Position numbers and translations under genes: made by a program. From Octopus sinensis (lineage: Eukaryota): a stretch of 39,129 bases of DNA. Positions 1 through 10,656 of the stretch are shown here, one piece after another. Location of the stretch: NCBI RefSeq assembly GCF_006345805.1, contig NW_021835540.1, positions 1 to 39,129 on the forward strand, in the 5' to 3' direction. Under the pieces are notes generated by a model. It had not been told where the DNA came from, did not search any database, and saw nothing but the letters and a program-made list of their open reading frames with translations. Position 1 is the stretch's first letter; each line of letters starts with the position of its first letter.

Positions 1-139
1 TATACTTGTTACAACGTCCACGCGCTGTTGTGGTTTCCTCTTTGTGTTTTCCATGCTTGGATTAACTATAATATATAATATATATCTACACACACACACA
101 CCCACGATATATATATATATAAATATATATATTATATTC

Positions 140-189
140 GATTGAGATAGACAGACAGACAGACAGGAAAGACATAAGATAGATAGATA

Positions 190-231
<42 letters not shown>

Positions 232-296
232 GTAGATAGATTTAATAGTAAAAGTAGATAGAAATATGCTAGGATAGATATAATAGATAGATAGCT

Positions 297-366
<70 letters not shown>
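140..366. repeat. (GACA)n/(GATA)n microsatellite
   Basis: Directly visible tetranucleotide repeat. Similar GATA tracts lie at ~1660-1745, 2925-2990, 15885-15968 and 33085-33185. Confidence 0.95.
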
Positions 367-660
367 GTTGCCCGCACACAAAACGTACATAGTGTTTCTC
401 ATTCGGTTCATATTCTCTATTAGTCATCCTATTCATTTATTTATTAAATTGATTCTAGTTCTCTAAATTAGAACGCCTATTATTCAAATTAACATATAAT
501 ATCTATCTTTATTCGTTTAATTAAATATCTTTTCGAACCATTACTCCCACATTTCATCCTATATTATTATCATGTTGCACTGGCTTCGTATCGGAATAAG
601 CGGAAAATCCCTTTCATGTGTAGGGAAACAATTTATATCCCAATAGCTATAAATAATTTT

Positions 661-873
661 GCTTTCAAATTTTTACACAAAGCCAGCAATTTTGGAGGAG
701 GGGTTAAGCCGATCACATCGACCCCCAGCCTTCAATTGTTACTTATTTTATCGCCCTCGAAAGGATGAAAGGCTAAGTCGACCTCGACGGAATTTGAACT
801 CAGATCCTAATGACGGACGAAATGCCGCTGAGCATTTTGCCCGGTGAACTAACGATTCAGCTAGATCGCCACC
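661..873 (-). mobile_element. tRNA-derived SINE family A, diverged copy
   Basis: The reverse complement has head GGTGGCGATCTAGCTGAATCGTTAG, B-box-like GAGTTCAAATT and central GCCTTTCATCCTTTCG..CGATAAAATAAGTA, as in the intact copies at 14127-14356 and 30348-30586. By recollection the central motif resembles the Meta-type SINE domain (unverified). Confidence 0.85.
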
Positions 874-890
874 CGAATATATCTATACAT

Positions 891-1106
891 ATTATTTCCT
901 ACTCTAGGTACAAGGCCCAAAATTTGGGGAGAGGGGCCAGTTTATTAGGTCGACCCCAGTACGCATCTGGTACTTAATTCATTGAGCCTGAAAGGATGAA
1001 TGGCAAAGTCGACCTCGGAGGAATTTGAACTCAAAACGTACAGACAGACGAAAAATCGCTTAGCATTTCGTCCATCGTGCTAACGCTTATGCCAGTTCGC
1101 CACCTT
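891..1106 (-). mobile_element. SINE family A, diverged copy
   Basis: Same head, B-box and central motifs as other family A copies. Confidence 0.85.
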
Positions 1107-1120
1107 ATAGTCATAAATAA

Positions 1121-1336
1121 TATTCTTTTCTACTCTAGACTCAAGTCACGATATTTTAGGGGAGAGGGTAAATCGATTATACGCCCTCAATACGCAACTG
1201 GTACTTAATTTTTTGACCCCGAAAGAATGAAAAGCAATGTCTACCTCGACAGAATTTGAACTCAGAGCCTAACGACCGACGAAATGCTATTAAGCATTTT
1301 GTCCGGCGTGCTAACGATCCTGCCAGCTCACCTCCC
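1121..1336 (-). mobile_element. SINE family A, diverged copy
   Basis: Same motifs; third tandem minus-strand copy. Confidence 0.85.
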
Positions 1337-1367
1337 CATATACATAAATAATATTACAGTCGAAAGG

Positions 1368-1585
1368 AAGGTGGCGAGCTTGCAGAATCGTTAGCATACC
1401 GGACAAAATGTTTAGCCGTATTTCGACCGTTTTTATGTCTGAGCTTAATTTCCGTCGAGGTCGACTTTGCCTTTCATCCTTTCGAGATCAATAGAATAAG
1501 AAACAGTAGAGCTCTGAGGTCGATGTAATCGGTCTACGCTTCCTTTAAAATTCTAGGTCATGTGCCAAAATTTGAGGTCAATATT
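1368..1585 (+). mobile_element. SINE family A, diverged copy, head-to-head with the previous copy
   Basis: AAGGTGGCGAGCTTGCAGAATCGTTAGC ... GAGGTCGACTTTGCCTTTCATCCTTTCG. Confidence 0.85.
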
Positions 1586-1659
1586 GCAGTTGAAAGAGCA
1601 TACAAAAAACCTGGATTTGGTTTCAATCCGGTATTGCCTTTAAAAGAGAGGGACATAGG

Positions 1660-1728
<69 letters not shown>

Positions 1729-1834
1729 GTAGGTAGATAGATAGATGTGTGTGTATGTATATACACACGCACACGAACTCACACATACACAATCACTCAC
1801 ACACGCACACACACGTACTCACACAAGCACACTT

Positions 1835-1976
1835 ACATATTTGATGGGCTTTCACAGTCTTACAAGACATTGTTTGGCCCGAGAGTTGGTAGAAGACAAT
1901 TTTTCGAGATGCTACACAGTGGGACACAACCCCATAGCTTAGGGTTGGAAAGTGAGATCCTCAAACACCCAGCCAT
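1835..1976 (-). mobile_element. SINE family B, old 5' fragment
   Basis: Degenerate match to the family B head region (gtagaagaca...cagtgggac.caaccc...cacccagcc). Confidence 0.6.
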
Positions 1977-2189
1977 ATCTGCGCCTCTGTACGCTTCATC
2001 TTTACAATGCTAAACTGCAGCAGTTCTAATGTATTTAACAAGTGAAAATATTTGTCTTCCACTTGTTAAGCTTATAGGGTGAGGACATCTCTGGTCGCTC
2101 TATTCAATTTTAGTTTTCTGGTTCGTCCTCCTGTCGTATATGCATAGCTTTGGTTCAATGTCACTGACAATGTAAATATTTTCTATGAA

Positions 2190-2228
2190 CTACACTGATG
2201 AGATTTAAAAAAAACGAAACGTGTGTAG
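2190..2228 (+). ncRNA. Minimal type I hammerhead ribozyme relic, probably inactive
   Basis: CTACA | CTGATGA (2195-2201) | GATTT aaaa AAAAC | GAAA CG T G | TGTAG. Stem I is 5 bp, stem II has one mismatch and helix III is palindromic ACGT, but the cleavage-site base N17 is G. Confidence 0.55.
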
Positions 2229-2328
2229 AGAAGGTTTAAAAAAAACAACAATATTGAATACTTGACTTGTAATTTGATTTGAATCATTAGTCTGTGAAAA
2301 TTAGACTCGGAAAATAAGGAAAATAAGA

Positions 2329-2393
2329 CTCGGTAGCTAGCAGCAGACCTGAAGAAATAGACTATTTCTTCAGATCTGCCACTACATACCGAG
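2329..2393. repeat. Compact fold-back hairpin
   Basis: GCAGACCTGAAGAAATAG (2343-2360), a 1-nt loop, then CTATTTCTTCAGATCTGC (2362-2379; 1 mismatch), extended by CTCGGTA/TACCGAG. Confidence 0.9.
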
Positions 2394-2936
2394 CCTTCAC
2401 AGAAGAAAAAGAAATAAAGACAGAAAAAAGGAAAATGTCCTACCTATTTGAAGACTATGGAAAAATTTACAAAACATTTCATTAACTTTTTTTTCTTCAA
2501 TGTAATTGTCTTTCTTGTTTTACTGTTAGTTGAAAAAGTCAAAAAGGCTGAAACCGCCACTAACCTTCACAAGATGTATTTCATGATAAAAATATTTCAC
2601 CATTTTCTTTGTCTTATTTTCATTATATATATATATGTGTGTGTGTGTGTGTCTGTGTATGTCTATATATGTATGTATGTATGTATATGTATGTATATAT
2701 ATAAAAATATGTGTGTGTGTATGCACACACACATATATATATGTATGCACACATATACATGTATATGTACAAATATATGTATACATAAATGCACACATAT
2801 ATATACGAATATATATGTATCTATGTATGAATGCATGCATATATAAATATATATACGTATCTATATATATGTATATGTACATATATGTATATGTATATAT
2901 AAATACACACACAGAGTGAAGTAGATAGATACGTAA

Positions 2937-2976
<40 letters not shown>

Positions 2977-3349
2977 ATAAATAGATAGATGTATGTGGGT
3001 TTTTGTATGTGTAGATGTACATACACATACGTACATTTCTATACGCACGATTATGTGCATTGCGCACGCGCACAAACACACACAGACACAAATACACATA
3101 CATTCACATATGCACGCACATATACACACACAGATGCAATAATAATTAAATAAATAATGTGCATCAAATTTTTGTTGTTTTCTTCTTCTTTCCTACATTT
3201 CTTTTAGGATCAGCTTCAAATTGCTTTTAAACATTTTCGTAATAGCATTTCATTAAATATTTACTTTTCTTATATGTCGAAAATAAAAGCAAACAAATTA
3301 CTAAAAAAAAAAAAAAAATGAAAAGAGAAAATGAGAGAAATAAAAATAC

Positions 3350-3399
3350 CTGTATGTTTACTATTATAGTAATTAGTTGAGGACTTACTAAAATAGCCT
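3350..3399 (-). CDS. Candidate 50-nt exon (unassigned)
   Basis: Acceptor ttttattcttccctacctag, donor CAG|GTATTT. Two frames are open (xAILVSPQLITIIVNIQ or xGYFSKSSTNYYNSKHTx). No homology recognised. Confidence 0.2.
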
Positions 3400-3746
3400 C
3401 TAGGTAGGGAAGAATAAAACAGAATGATTAAAATTTCCAAGAAACATTAATATAAAGATATATATATATATATATAAAGAATGCTTTTAATGGCAACTCT
3501 TAGTTAATCAACGAAAGTCTTCAGCCATAATGCGTTTTCTGGCGCTTAAAAAAATGGCATGGTGCCATTTGGAATTACTTTATATCAATATTAATGATGG
3601 ATTTTTAAAAACTTAAAGCACATGACTAAAAATTTTGTATTTGTGTTTAGAAAGGGGAATGTATAGTCAATTTTGTGAAACCTAGTCCTTAACTGGTGCA
3701 GATAAAATTTAAGGGGAAAGAATGTAGGTGGTTGTGAATGCAACAA

Positions 3747-3886
3747 GAAATACCTATTTCTTTACTACCCACAAGGAGCTAAACACAGAGGGGACAAACA
3801 AGGACAGACAAACGGATTAAGTCGATTATATCGACCCCAGTGCGTAACTGGTACTTATTTAATCGACCCCGAAAGGATGAAAGGCA
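3747..3886 (-). mobile_element. SINE family A, 5'-truncated young copy
   Basis: Nearly identical to the 3' half of 14127-14356; ends ...AAGAAATAGGTATTTC on the minus strand. Confidence 0.9.
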
Positions 3887-4834
3887 CCAACCAAATTTTT
3901 CTCACTGATCCCATTTCACGTTTAAAAAACTTAGACATAAGTAAATGCGGTCGCGGACTCTAGGATTGATAGGGCCGGTTACCCGATATCCACGGCATAT
4001 AAGCGACCGAGATCAGATCATTGCAACTGGACGTGACGCTAGTCTGTTGCAGTGTAACTCACATAGAGTAGAGTGGCTTGAGTCTACAGGAAACGAAGTG
4101 TTTTGTTCAATAACACCGTGCGCTGGCAGGTCCGAGAGTAGATACGAAGCTATTGCAATCGCAAGATCGTGGGTACAGCGCCATAAAACAATAGGGCAAG
4201 CGCATTTAAGTATGTGTTAAAAGGAGAAAATGCAACCACATTATATGATTATGGATATTCAAAAAGGAATGATGGTTATTCCTGGAACGTCTCTGACCCT
4301 ACATTAGCTCGACCGACGTATTTTTATTTCTTTCTCTCTAAAGCAAATATTTAAAGAAATGCTATTACGAAAATGTTTAAAAGCAATTTGAAGCTGCTCC
4401 CAAAAGAAATCTATGAAACAACAAGAAAACAACAAAAATTGATGCAAATTATTTATTTAATATATATATATATATATATTTATACATATACATACGTACA
4501 CCTCTACACGCACGATTATGTGTATTGTGCGCACGCGCACTCACATACACACTTGCAGATGCAATAATAATAATTCATACATACATATATACATATGCAT
4601 AGATATAAGAGGAATGACCACTAAGTGAACATCCATTATGCTAGAGGTAGACCCCATATGGTCTGACCACTAAGAAAAGATTGTTTCCAAGAAAATTCAG
4701 CAAACTCCAGAACGTAAGCGAGCAAGACAGATGAAAAAATATAAAATATAAAATATGAATTAATATTCAATTTTTCACCCTTATTATTTAAATTCACATA
4801 TATATATATATTTATATATGTATATATGTATCCA

Positions 4835-4882
4835 TACATACATACATACATACATACATACATACATACATACATACATACA

Positions 4883-4912
<30 letters not shown>
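4835..4912. repeat. (ACAT)n microsatellite
   Basis: Direct repeat. Complementary (ATGT)n tracts lie at 7153-7370 and 16370-16502. Confidence 0.95.
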
Positions 4913-4913
<1 letters not shown>

Positions 4914-5082
4914 TGAACCTCAGGTTTGTGAAGGTTTTTTTCCCTTGTAATTTCGTCGGCACCAGAGGGATGAATAGCGAGATTAGCCTCGACAAGAATT
5001 GAACACAGAAAGCAAGGAGCCATGAGTAAATACTCCAAAGTTTATCGTCTGATGTTTACTCTCAGTATTTGCATTTCCATAG

Positions 5083-5138
5083 GGACCCCGGAGCGAGTAT
5101 AAAACAAAACCAACAATGGCAAGATTTAAACTCAAAAG
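5083..5138 (+). CDS. Candidate 56-nt exon (unassigned)
   Basis: Acceptor tttgcatttccatag, donor AAG|GTAAAT. Open frame GPRSEYKTKPTMARFKLK, including an ATG in aacaATGG context at 5116. Confidence 0.2.
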
Positions 5139-5871
5139 GTAAATAAAAAAGTAAATATAATTTCTTTCCCCTGCTTTACGAATTCTATAAATACTTAATC
5201 GTTCCTCGATATGTCGATTTATATCAGTGACATTACATTATAGTATCAGGACGAATGTCTTGCGGTGACAAATACCGCTATGGAAAACTTTTTCCTTTAT
5301 CATTTTCTGAGAGTCGTTATATCGTAGGGAATCGACAGAATTGTAGTGCGTGTATCGATGGGGCCAAGAATTGAAGGTTCCTTATTTCGCTCATACAGCG
5401 CAAGCTATTCCAAGACAGAGGGCCAAGTGTTTGATTGGCTCATTATGTATCGACAGCAACGTGTTAAAAAGCACAGTAGCCCTCGGCATACAATTGAGAA
5501 TACAAATAATCAGATATCACTACAATGCATCCCATTCGCCATTTTAACGACTCTCTCAATTCAACGTATTGCTAGGCTCGATGTGTCGATATAGTCTATA
5601 CAAACGACTTACGTATTGAGTACATTTTCACCGGTTTGCAAAACCAAACGTGTACACACACACTCACACACACTCACTCACATACTCACACACACACACT
5701 CACACACACACATACACACACACACTCATACACACACTTACACACACATATATATGCACATTTTCATACATACGTATATATGCATATATATATTGATATA
5801 TATATATATTATACATAGATATGCATATATTTGTACACACACATACACTTATATATATATATATATATCAC

Positions 5872-6001
5872 GTGAAAGAGTACAGCAGGGATCACCACTC
5901 CCTTCTGGAGCCTCGTGGAGCTTTTAGGTGTTTTCGCTCAATAAACACTCACAACGCCCGGTCTGGGATCGACTGCCTAACCACTGGGCCATTGCACCTC
6001 C
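5872..6001 (-). mobile_element. SINE family C, internally deleted and 3'-truncated
   Basis: The reverse complement GGAGGTGCAATGGCCCAGTGGTTAGGCAG|TCGATCCCAGACCGGGCGTTGTGAGTG...TACTCTTTCAC aligns to 8871-9030, with the middle of the tRNA part missing. Confidence 0.9.
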
Positions 6002-6020
6002 ACATATATATATGTATATT

Positions 6021-6067
<47 letters not shown>

Positions 6068-6079
6068 TATATATATATA

Positions 6080-6135
<56 letters not shown>

Positions 6136-6375
6136 ATATATATATACATAGATATGCATATATTTGTACACGCACATATATTTATGTATGTGTATATATA
6201 TATATATATATATAATATATATATATATACACCACAATTTTTATATCTGTAAATGCGTATAAATGTATATACATATACACATACACCCATGCATACTCAT
6301 ACATTTACACGCAAAGATATTTATGTGAGTGTGTGTGTGTGTCTGACTGTGTGTGTGTGTGTGTGTATGTCTGAG

Positions 6376-6409
<34 letters not shown>

Positions 6410-6877
6410 CGTGTGTTAGTAAATGGTAGTACTGCAATAATGTCCTTCAGTTTTAACCGAAAAATTAAAAAATGCCTTGGTATCGTGAAAGCCAACCAAA
6501 AATATAAATATATACATATAAATAAAACAGAAAGAAAAAAAAAAGACTTGGAATAAAACAAAATGTCAGTAATTAGCTAGAAAGCGGATAAATAGCCTAG
6601 CGGCAATGCAGAGAGGGAAACTGCTGCAGGCTATCCAGATATGAAAAAGAAAAGAGGAGGAAAATTTGAAAATACAGTAATAACCTAAAATAAATAATTC
6701 ACAATAAACCACCAGAAGGAAAAGGGGAAAAAATAACCAACCACAACCACCATAAGTAAAATCACGAAAAAAAAAGAAAAAGAAAAAAAAAACCAACGAA
6801 AATTACCGCCATTTTGGTAGTAAGTCTCCTTGTAAAATGTATACCCCAAATCACATTAAAATACTGTTTTTCTTTAG

Positions 6878-6919
6878 GCTTAGAGTAAACGATGAGGAAC
6901 GGACGATTTCAATAGCAAG
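6878..6919 (+). CDS. Candidate 42-nt exon (unassigned)
   Basis: Acceptor ctgtttttctttag; the only open frame is xLRVNDEERTISIAx; donor AAG|GTTTTG is weak. Confidence 0.15.
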
Positions 6920-7293
6920 GTTTTGTTAACATCGTTGGATGAAAGTACAGGGAATACGAGTGTGGTAGTAGTTCAAAGGTTTCTAGTATGATGTAGTAAA
7001 TTCTGGACAAAAAAAAAACAAAAAAAAAACAGAACGATTAGTAACCATAAAAATATAAATATATCAATATATCACTTGTTTTGGTATTGTTTTATTTTGT
7101 TTTTGTTCTTCCGGCGTTATTTACTTGGCAGTAAAATAACATAAGTGTATATTTGTATGTATGTATGTATGTATGTATGTATGTATGTATGTATGTATAA
7201 ACTGTTCATCTAAAATGAAACTTGTGTTTGATATTTCGTATTTCCTATTCATACTTGTGTATGTGTGTGTAAGTATCCATTTATGTATGTATG

Positions 7294-7327
<34 letters not shown>

Positions 7328-7667
7328 TGTATGTATGTATGTATGTATGTATGTATGTATGTATGTATGTGTCCTGTTTTCCTTTGGTGCATTGTCTGGG
7401 AATATACACATTCTGTCACTGCGGCAACCAACCGAAATTTGCAGCAGAGAGCCATTGTGCTTCTTTGTATACTTCCGTCTCTGAATGAACTGTTGGCGTA
7501 CAGTAGATTCATAAAAATCTTAGTCCAGATTCTGCTTCGTATCCATTAGTATCAACTACAATATATTTCAACCAGTTATCTCCACTGCAAATATACACAC
7601 CATGACATCAAAATTTTCGTCATAAATATGTACGTTTCCTTTAATATCCTGTGCTATTAACACGAAC

Positions 7668-7712
7668 ACTGTACTGACGATCCCTGAGGAGTCGAAACAG
7701 CCATAATACAGT
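7668..7712 (+). ncRNA. Degenerate hammerhead-like motif
   Basis: ACTGTA | CTGACGA (7674-7680) ... GAAAC (7694-7698) AGCCATAA | TACAGT. A 6-bp stem I flanks the core, but stems II and III are disrupted. Confidence 0.3.
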
Positions 7713-8485
7713 ATTGAAAGATAAGTTACTGAAGCTGAATATTTAGTTATTGGGATATTTTCTGATTTCATAGTATTAAGGAAAAAATTAGGTGTATATG
7801 TAGAATTCAGAATGAGAGACTACCCGTGATACCTTTCACCGTTTCTATCTCGCGCTCTCACGTTCAATCCCCCACTTCCTCTTTCATTCTGATTCCGCCT
7901 TTTGCGATACGTGATTAAATATATTCTACATCATATAAATAGAACGCTTAGTGAGATCTGTTTGAATATAGAGTATGCCAGCAGATCTCTTATCTGCGGA
8001 GACAGAGAGAGAGAGAATAATGGCCGCCAAGAGCATTTCGTCTTACTGAATTTTTAATAAACAAGGCGGCAAAGAGAATATACTGCCTGGAGGACGAAAG
8101 AAAATAATTTCTTGTAATATTACCATTTTCAAAAACGGTGTTCATCGAATACAATAGCTTTCAACAAGTGCATACAGAATTTTACAGCTATACATACACC
8201 AGACATTACAGATATTGTCATACAAATGAAGTTTCTGGAAATGTAAATCTCCTTTGAATTCGCGGATTATCATGAATTCTTTACTGCTTTCTGACGTCAA
8301 GAATATATATACATATACATACACGCATATACATACACGCATATACATACACGCACACACACACATACACACATATATGAATATATACATATATATATAT
8401 GTATATGCATATATATATATTATACATGTATGTATAGATATGCATATATATATATATGCGTATATATATATATATATATATATGC

Positions 8486-8518
<33 letters not shown>

Positions 8519-8708
8519 ATTACACAGACATATAGATGATACATGTACAAACAAAGTTAGTAGGGTATCAGAATACCACTTACTATAAATAGAGTTATCA
8601 CTCTGAAACCACAAATCTCTCACTATCAAAATATACTCGGTGAATGCACCGGATATAACAGAAATAAGTTTACTTCGTATGTACTACAGAAGCAAGGAAT
8701 ACAGATAT

Positions 8709-8765
8709 TCCGGGATCAATTGATTTCGCTTTTTGTATGAATATACTTAAAGCTCGTCAGCCAGA
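8709..8765 (-). ncRNA. Type I hammerhead ribozyme with intact catalytic core
   Basis: Minus strand reads UCUGG CUGACGA GCUUU aa GUAU auuc AUAC aa AAAGC GAAA UCAAUUGA UC^CCGGA. All core residues are canonical. Stem I is 5 bp (one G-U), stem II is 5+4 bp, helix III lies within the palindrome AUCAAUUGAU, and the AUC cleavage site falls between 8714 and 8713. Confidence 0.8.
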
Positions 8766-8870
8766 CTTACTGCAAAACATTTATTTTTGAAATATTCATC
8801 ACATTACACTGTATGCGTTGGTAATAATGCCTTATTTAATTTTATAATGCATGTATACATATATACATGT

Positions 8871-9176
8871 GGAGGCGCAATGGCCTAGTGGTTAGGGCAG
8901 CGGACTCGCGGTCGCAGGATCGCGGTTTCGATTCCAAGACCGGGCGTTGTGAGTGTTTATTGAGCGAAAACACCTAAAGCTCCACGAGGCTCCGGCAGGG
9001 GATGGTGGTGATCCCTGCTGTACTCTTTCACCACAACTTTCTCTCACTCTTTCTTCTGTTGGCCTGCTCGCTTAGCCAGCGGGGTGGCGTCATTTGAGGG
9101 CTAAAACAATGCGAACGCATTGTGACCAGCGATGTGTAACAACATCTGATGGTCTGGTCGGTCCTGTGATCCTGTG
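8871..9176 (+). mobile_element. tRNA-derived SINE family C, full length
   Basis: Head GGAGGCGCAATGGCCTAGTGGTTAGGGCAGCGGAC (A-box) and GGTTTCGATTCC (B-box). Flanked by the probable TSD ACATATATACAT (8857-8868 / 9177-9188; low complexity). Confidence 0.9.
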
Positions 9177-9189
9177 ACATATATACATA

Positions 9190-10350
9190 CGAGGGGTGTA
9201 TGAAAAGTTTTGAGCCTAACCTAGAAACGGGGCTGCTAGGGAGCTGAAACAATTTTTTGTAGTAAGTACAGTCTTTTCGGAGTATTCTTGTTCATTTTCA
9301 TGATTCTGATATTTTATTTATTTATTTTTTTTGTTACAGATTTTTGAATAAACAATGTCGAGCTTACAAGGAAAATAGAGAAAACTGAGTATCGTGCTGT
9401 CATAAAGTACCTTCATTTGAAAGGCATGACTCCGTCAGAAATCCATGAAGATATGGTGAGAACCTTAACAGACAATGCTCTTTCATATGCAACAGTCAAA
9501 CTCTGGGTAAATAAATTGCAGCGCGGCAGGGAGAGTGTGGAAGATGATCCCACACAAGGGAGGTCTCCAGCTGCAACCACCGAGGACAACATTGACCTTG
9601 CTCTTGGTATGATAATGCAAGACCATCGAATATCATGTCGCCAGATAGCTGAGAGACTGGGCATCTCAACTGAAAGAGCAGACAACATTGTGACAAAATA
9701 ACTTGGGTTCTCAAAGGTTTCTGCAAGGTGGGTCCCTCGCCTTTTGACATCTGAACAGAAACGCACCAGGTGCATTTTGTCCACGAGCAAACTGTAACTG
9801 TTTGAAGCCGATGAAGAGAATTTTCTTGCTCGTTTTATTACTATGGACGAAAGTTGGGTTTATCACTACCACCCCGAAACCAAAGAACAATCAAAGCAGT
9901 GGAAGTACACATCTTCTCCTACTCCAAAGAAGGCCAGGTCATTCCTTCAGCTGATCGATTACCTTGAAAAGGGTTACACCGTGACAGGGCTGTATTATTC
10001 TCAGCTATTGTAATGCCTCTGGGAAGCAATCAAAGAAAAAAGGCCAGGAATGCTCACCAGAGGAGTCCTTTTCCATCACGACAATGCTCCAGCTTACACC
10101 TCAGTGGTTGCCATGGCAACAATTCGTGATTATGGATACGAACTTGTTCCCCATCTGCCTTATTCGCCAGACTCAGTCCCCTTTGACTTTCATCTATTCC
10201 CGGGCGTCATAGACACTGTAGGAAGTTTCTTAGAGTCTCAAACAAAAGGGTTCCTCTATACCGGGATAATGGCACTTCAGCACCGCTGGAGAATGTACTC
10301 AGCCATCAAAGGGGACTATGTTGAAAAATAAATCATCAGAACTCTTGTAC
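9190..10350 (+). mobile_element. Mariner DNA transposon, defective; 3' TIR missing
   Basis: TA (9188-9189) is followed by CGAGGGGTGTATGAAAAGTTTTGAGCCT, a mariner-type 5' TIR, and then the transposase remnant. No matching inverted repeat is found after the stop codon. Confidence 0.92.
9375..10331 (+). pseudogene. Mariner D,D34D transposase pseudogene
   Basis: A single frame carries the HTH region, WVPRLL, TMDESW, HHDNAPAY, YSPDSVPFD (34 residues between the 2nd and 3rd Asp) and C-terminal GDYVEK*. The start is ATA rather than ATG, with three in-frame TAA stops and two internal deletions. Confidence 0.95.
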
Positions 10351-10391
10351 TTCTATGTACATATATAGTGTGTTTTATTTATTTGGTAGTG

Positions 10392-10656
10392 TCAGAAAAA
10401 TAAAAGAATGAAAACCCTCCTGATGCCATATAGACTCATGAGACCGGTTATCCCCGGTTTCTGTGGCGTATATATACTTTTTCCACTGGACGGGGCGCCA
10501 GTCCGCTCGCAGGGTAACTCATTTTTGCCTGCTGAGTGGACTGGAGCAACATACAATGAAGCGTTTTGCTTAAATTCCCAACGCATCGCCTGCTGCAGGA
10601 ATCGAAACCATAGTCTTAGGATCATGACCCCAGCACCCTAACCACCTAGCCACACC
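10392..10656 (-). mobile_element. tRNA-derived SINE family D
   Basis: The reverse complement has head GTGTGGCTAGGTGGTTAGG...GGTTTCGATTCC and body TTGCTCCAGTCCACTCAGC...CCCTGCGAGCGGACTGGCGCCCCGTCCAG...CAGAAACCGGG. By recollection it resembles V-type SINE bodies (unverified). Confidence 0.75.

Noticed and set aside
5309-5555. Possible MITE from inverted motifs GAGAGTCGTTA/TAACGACTCTC and ATTGTAGTG/CACTACAAT
   Set aside because: The matches are short, the sequence between them does not align, and there is no TSD.
8871-8945. tRNA genes at the SINE heads (also 17158, 24329, 36801, 37815)
   Set aside because: A and B boxes are present, but acceptor stems are incomplete and each head continues into a SINE body.
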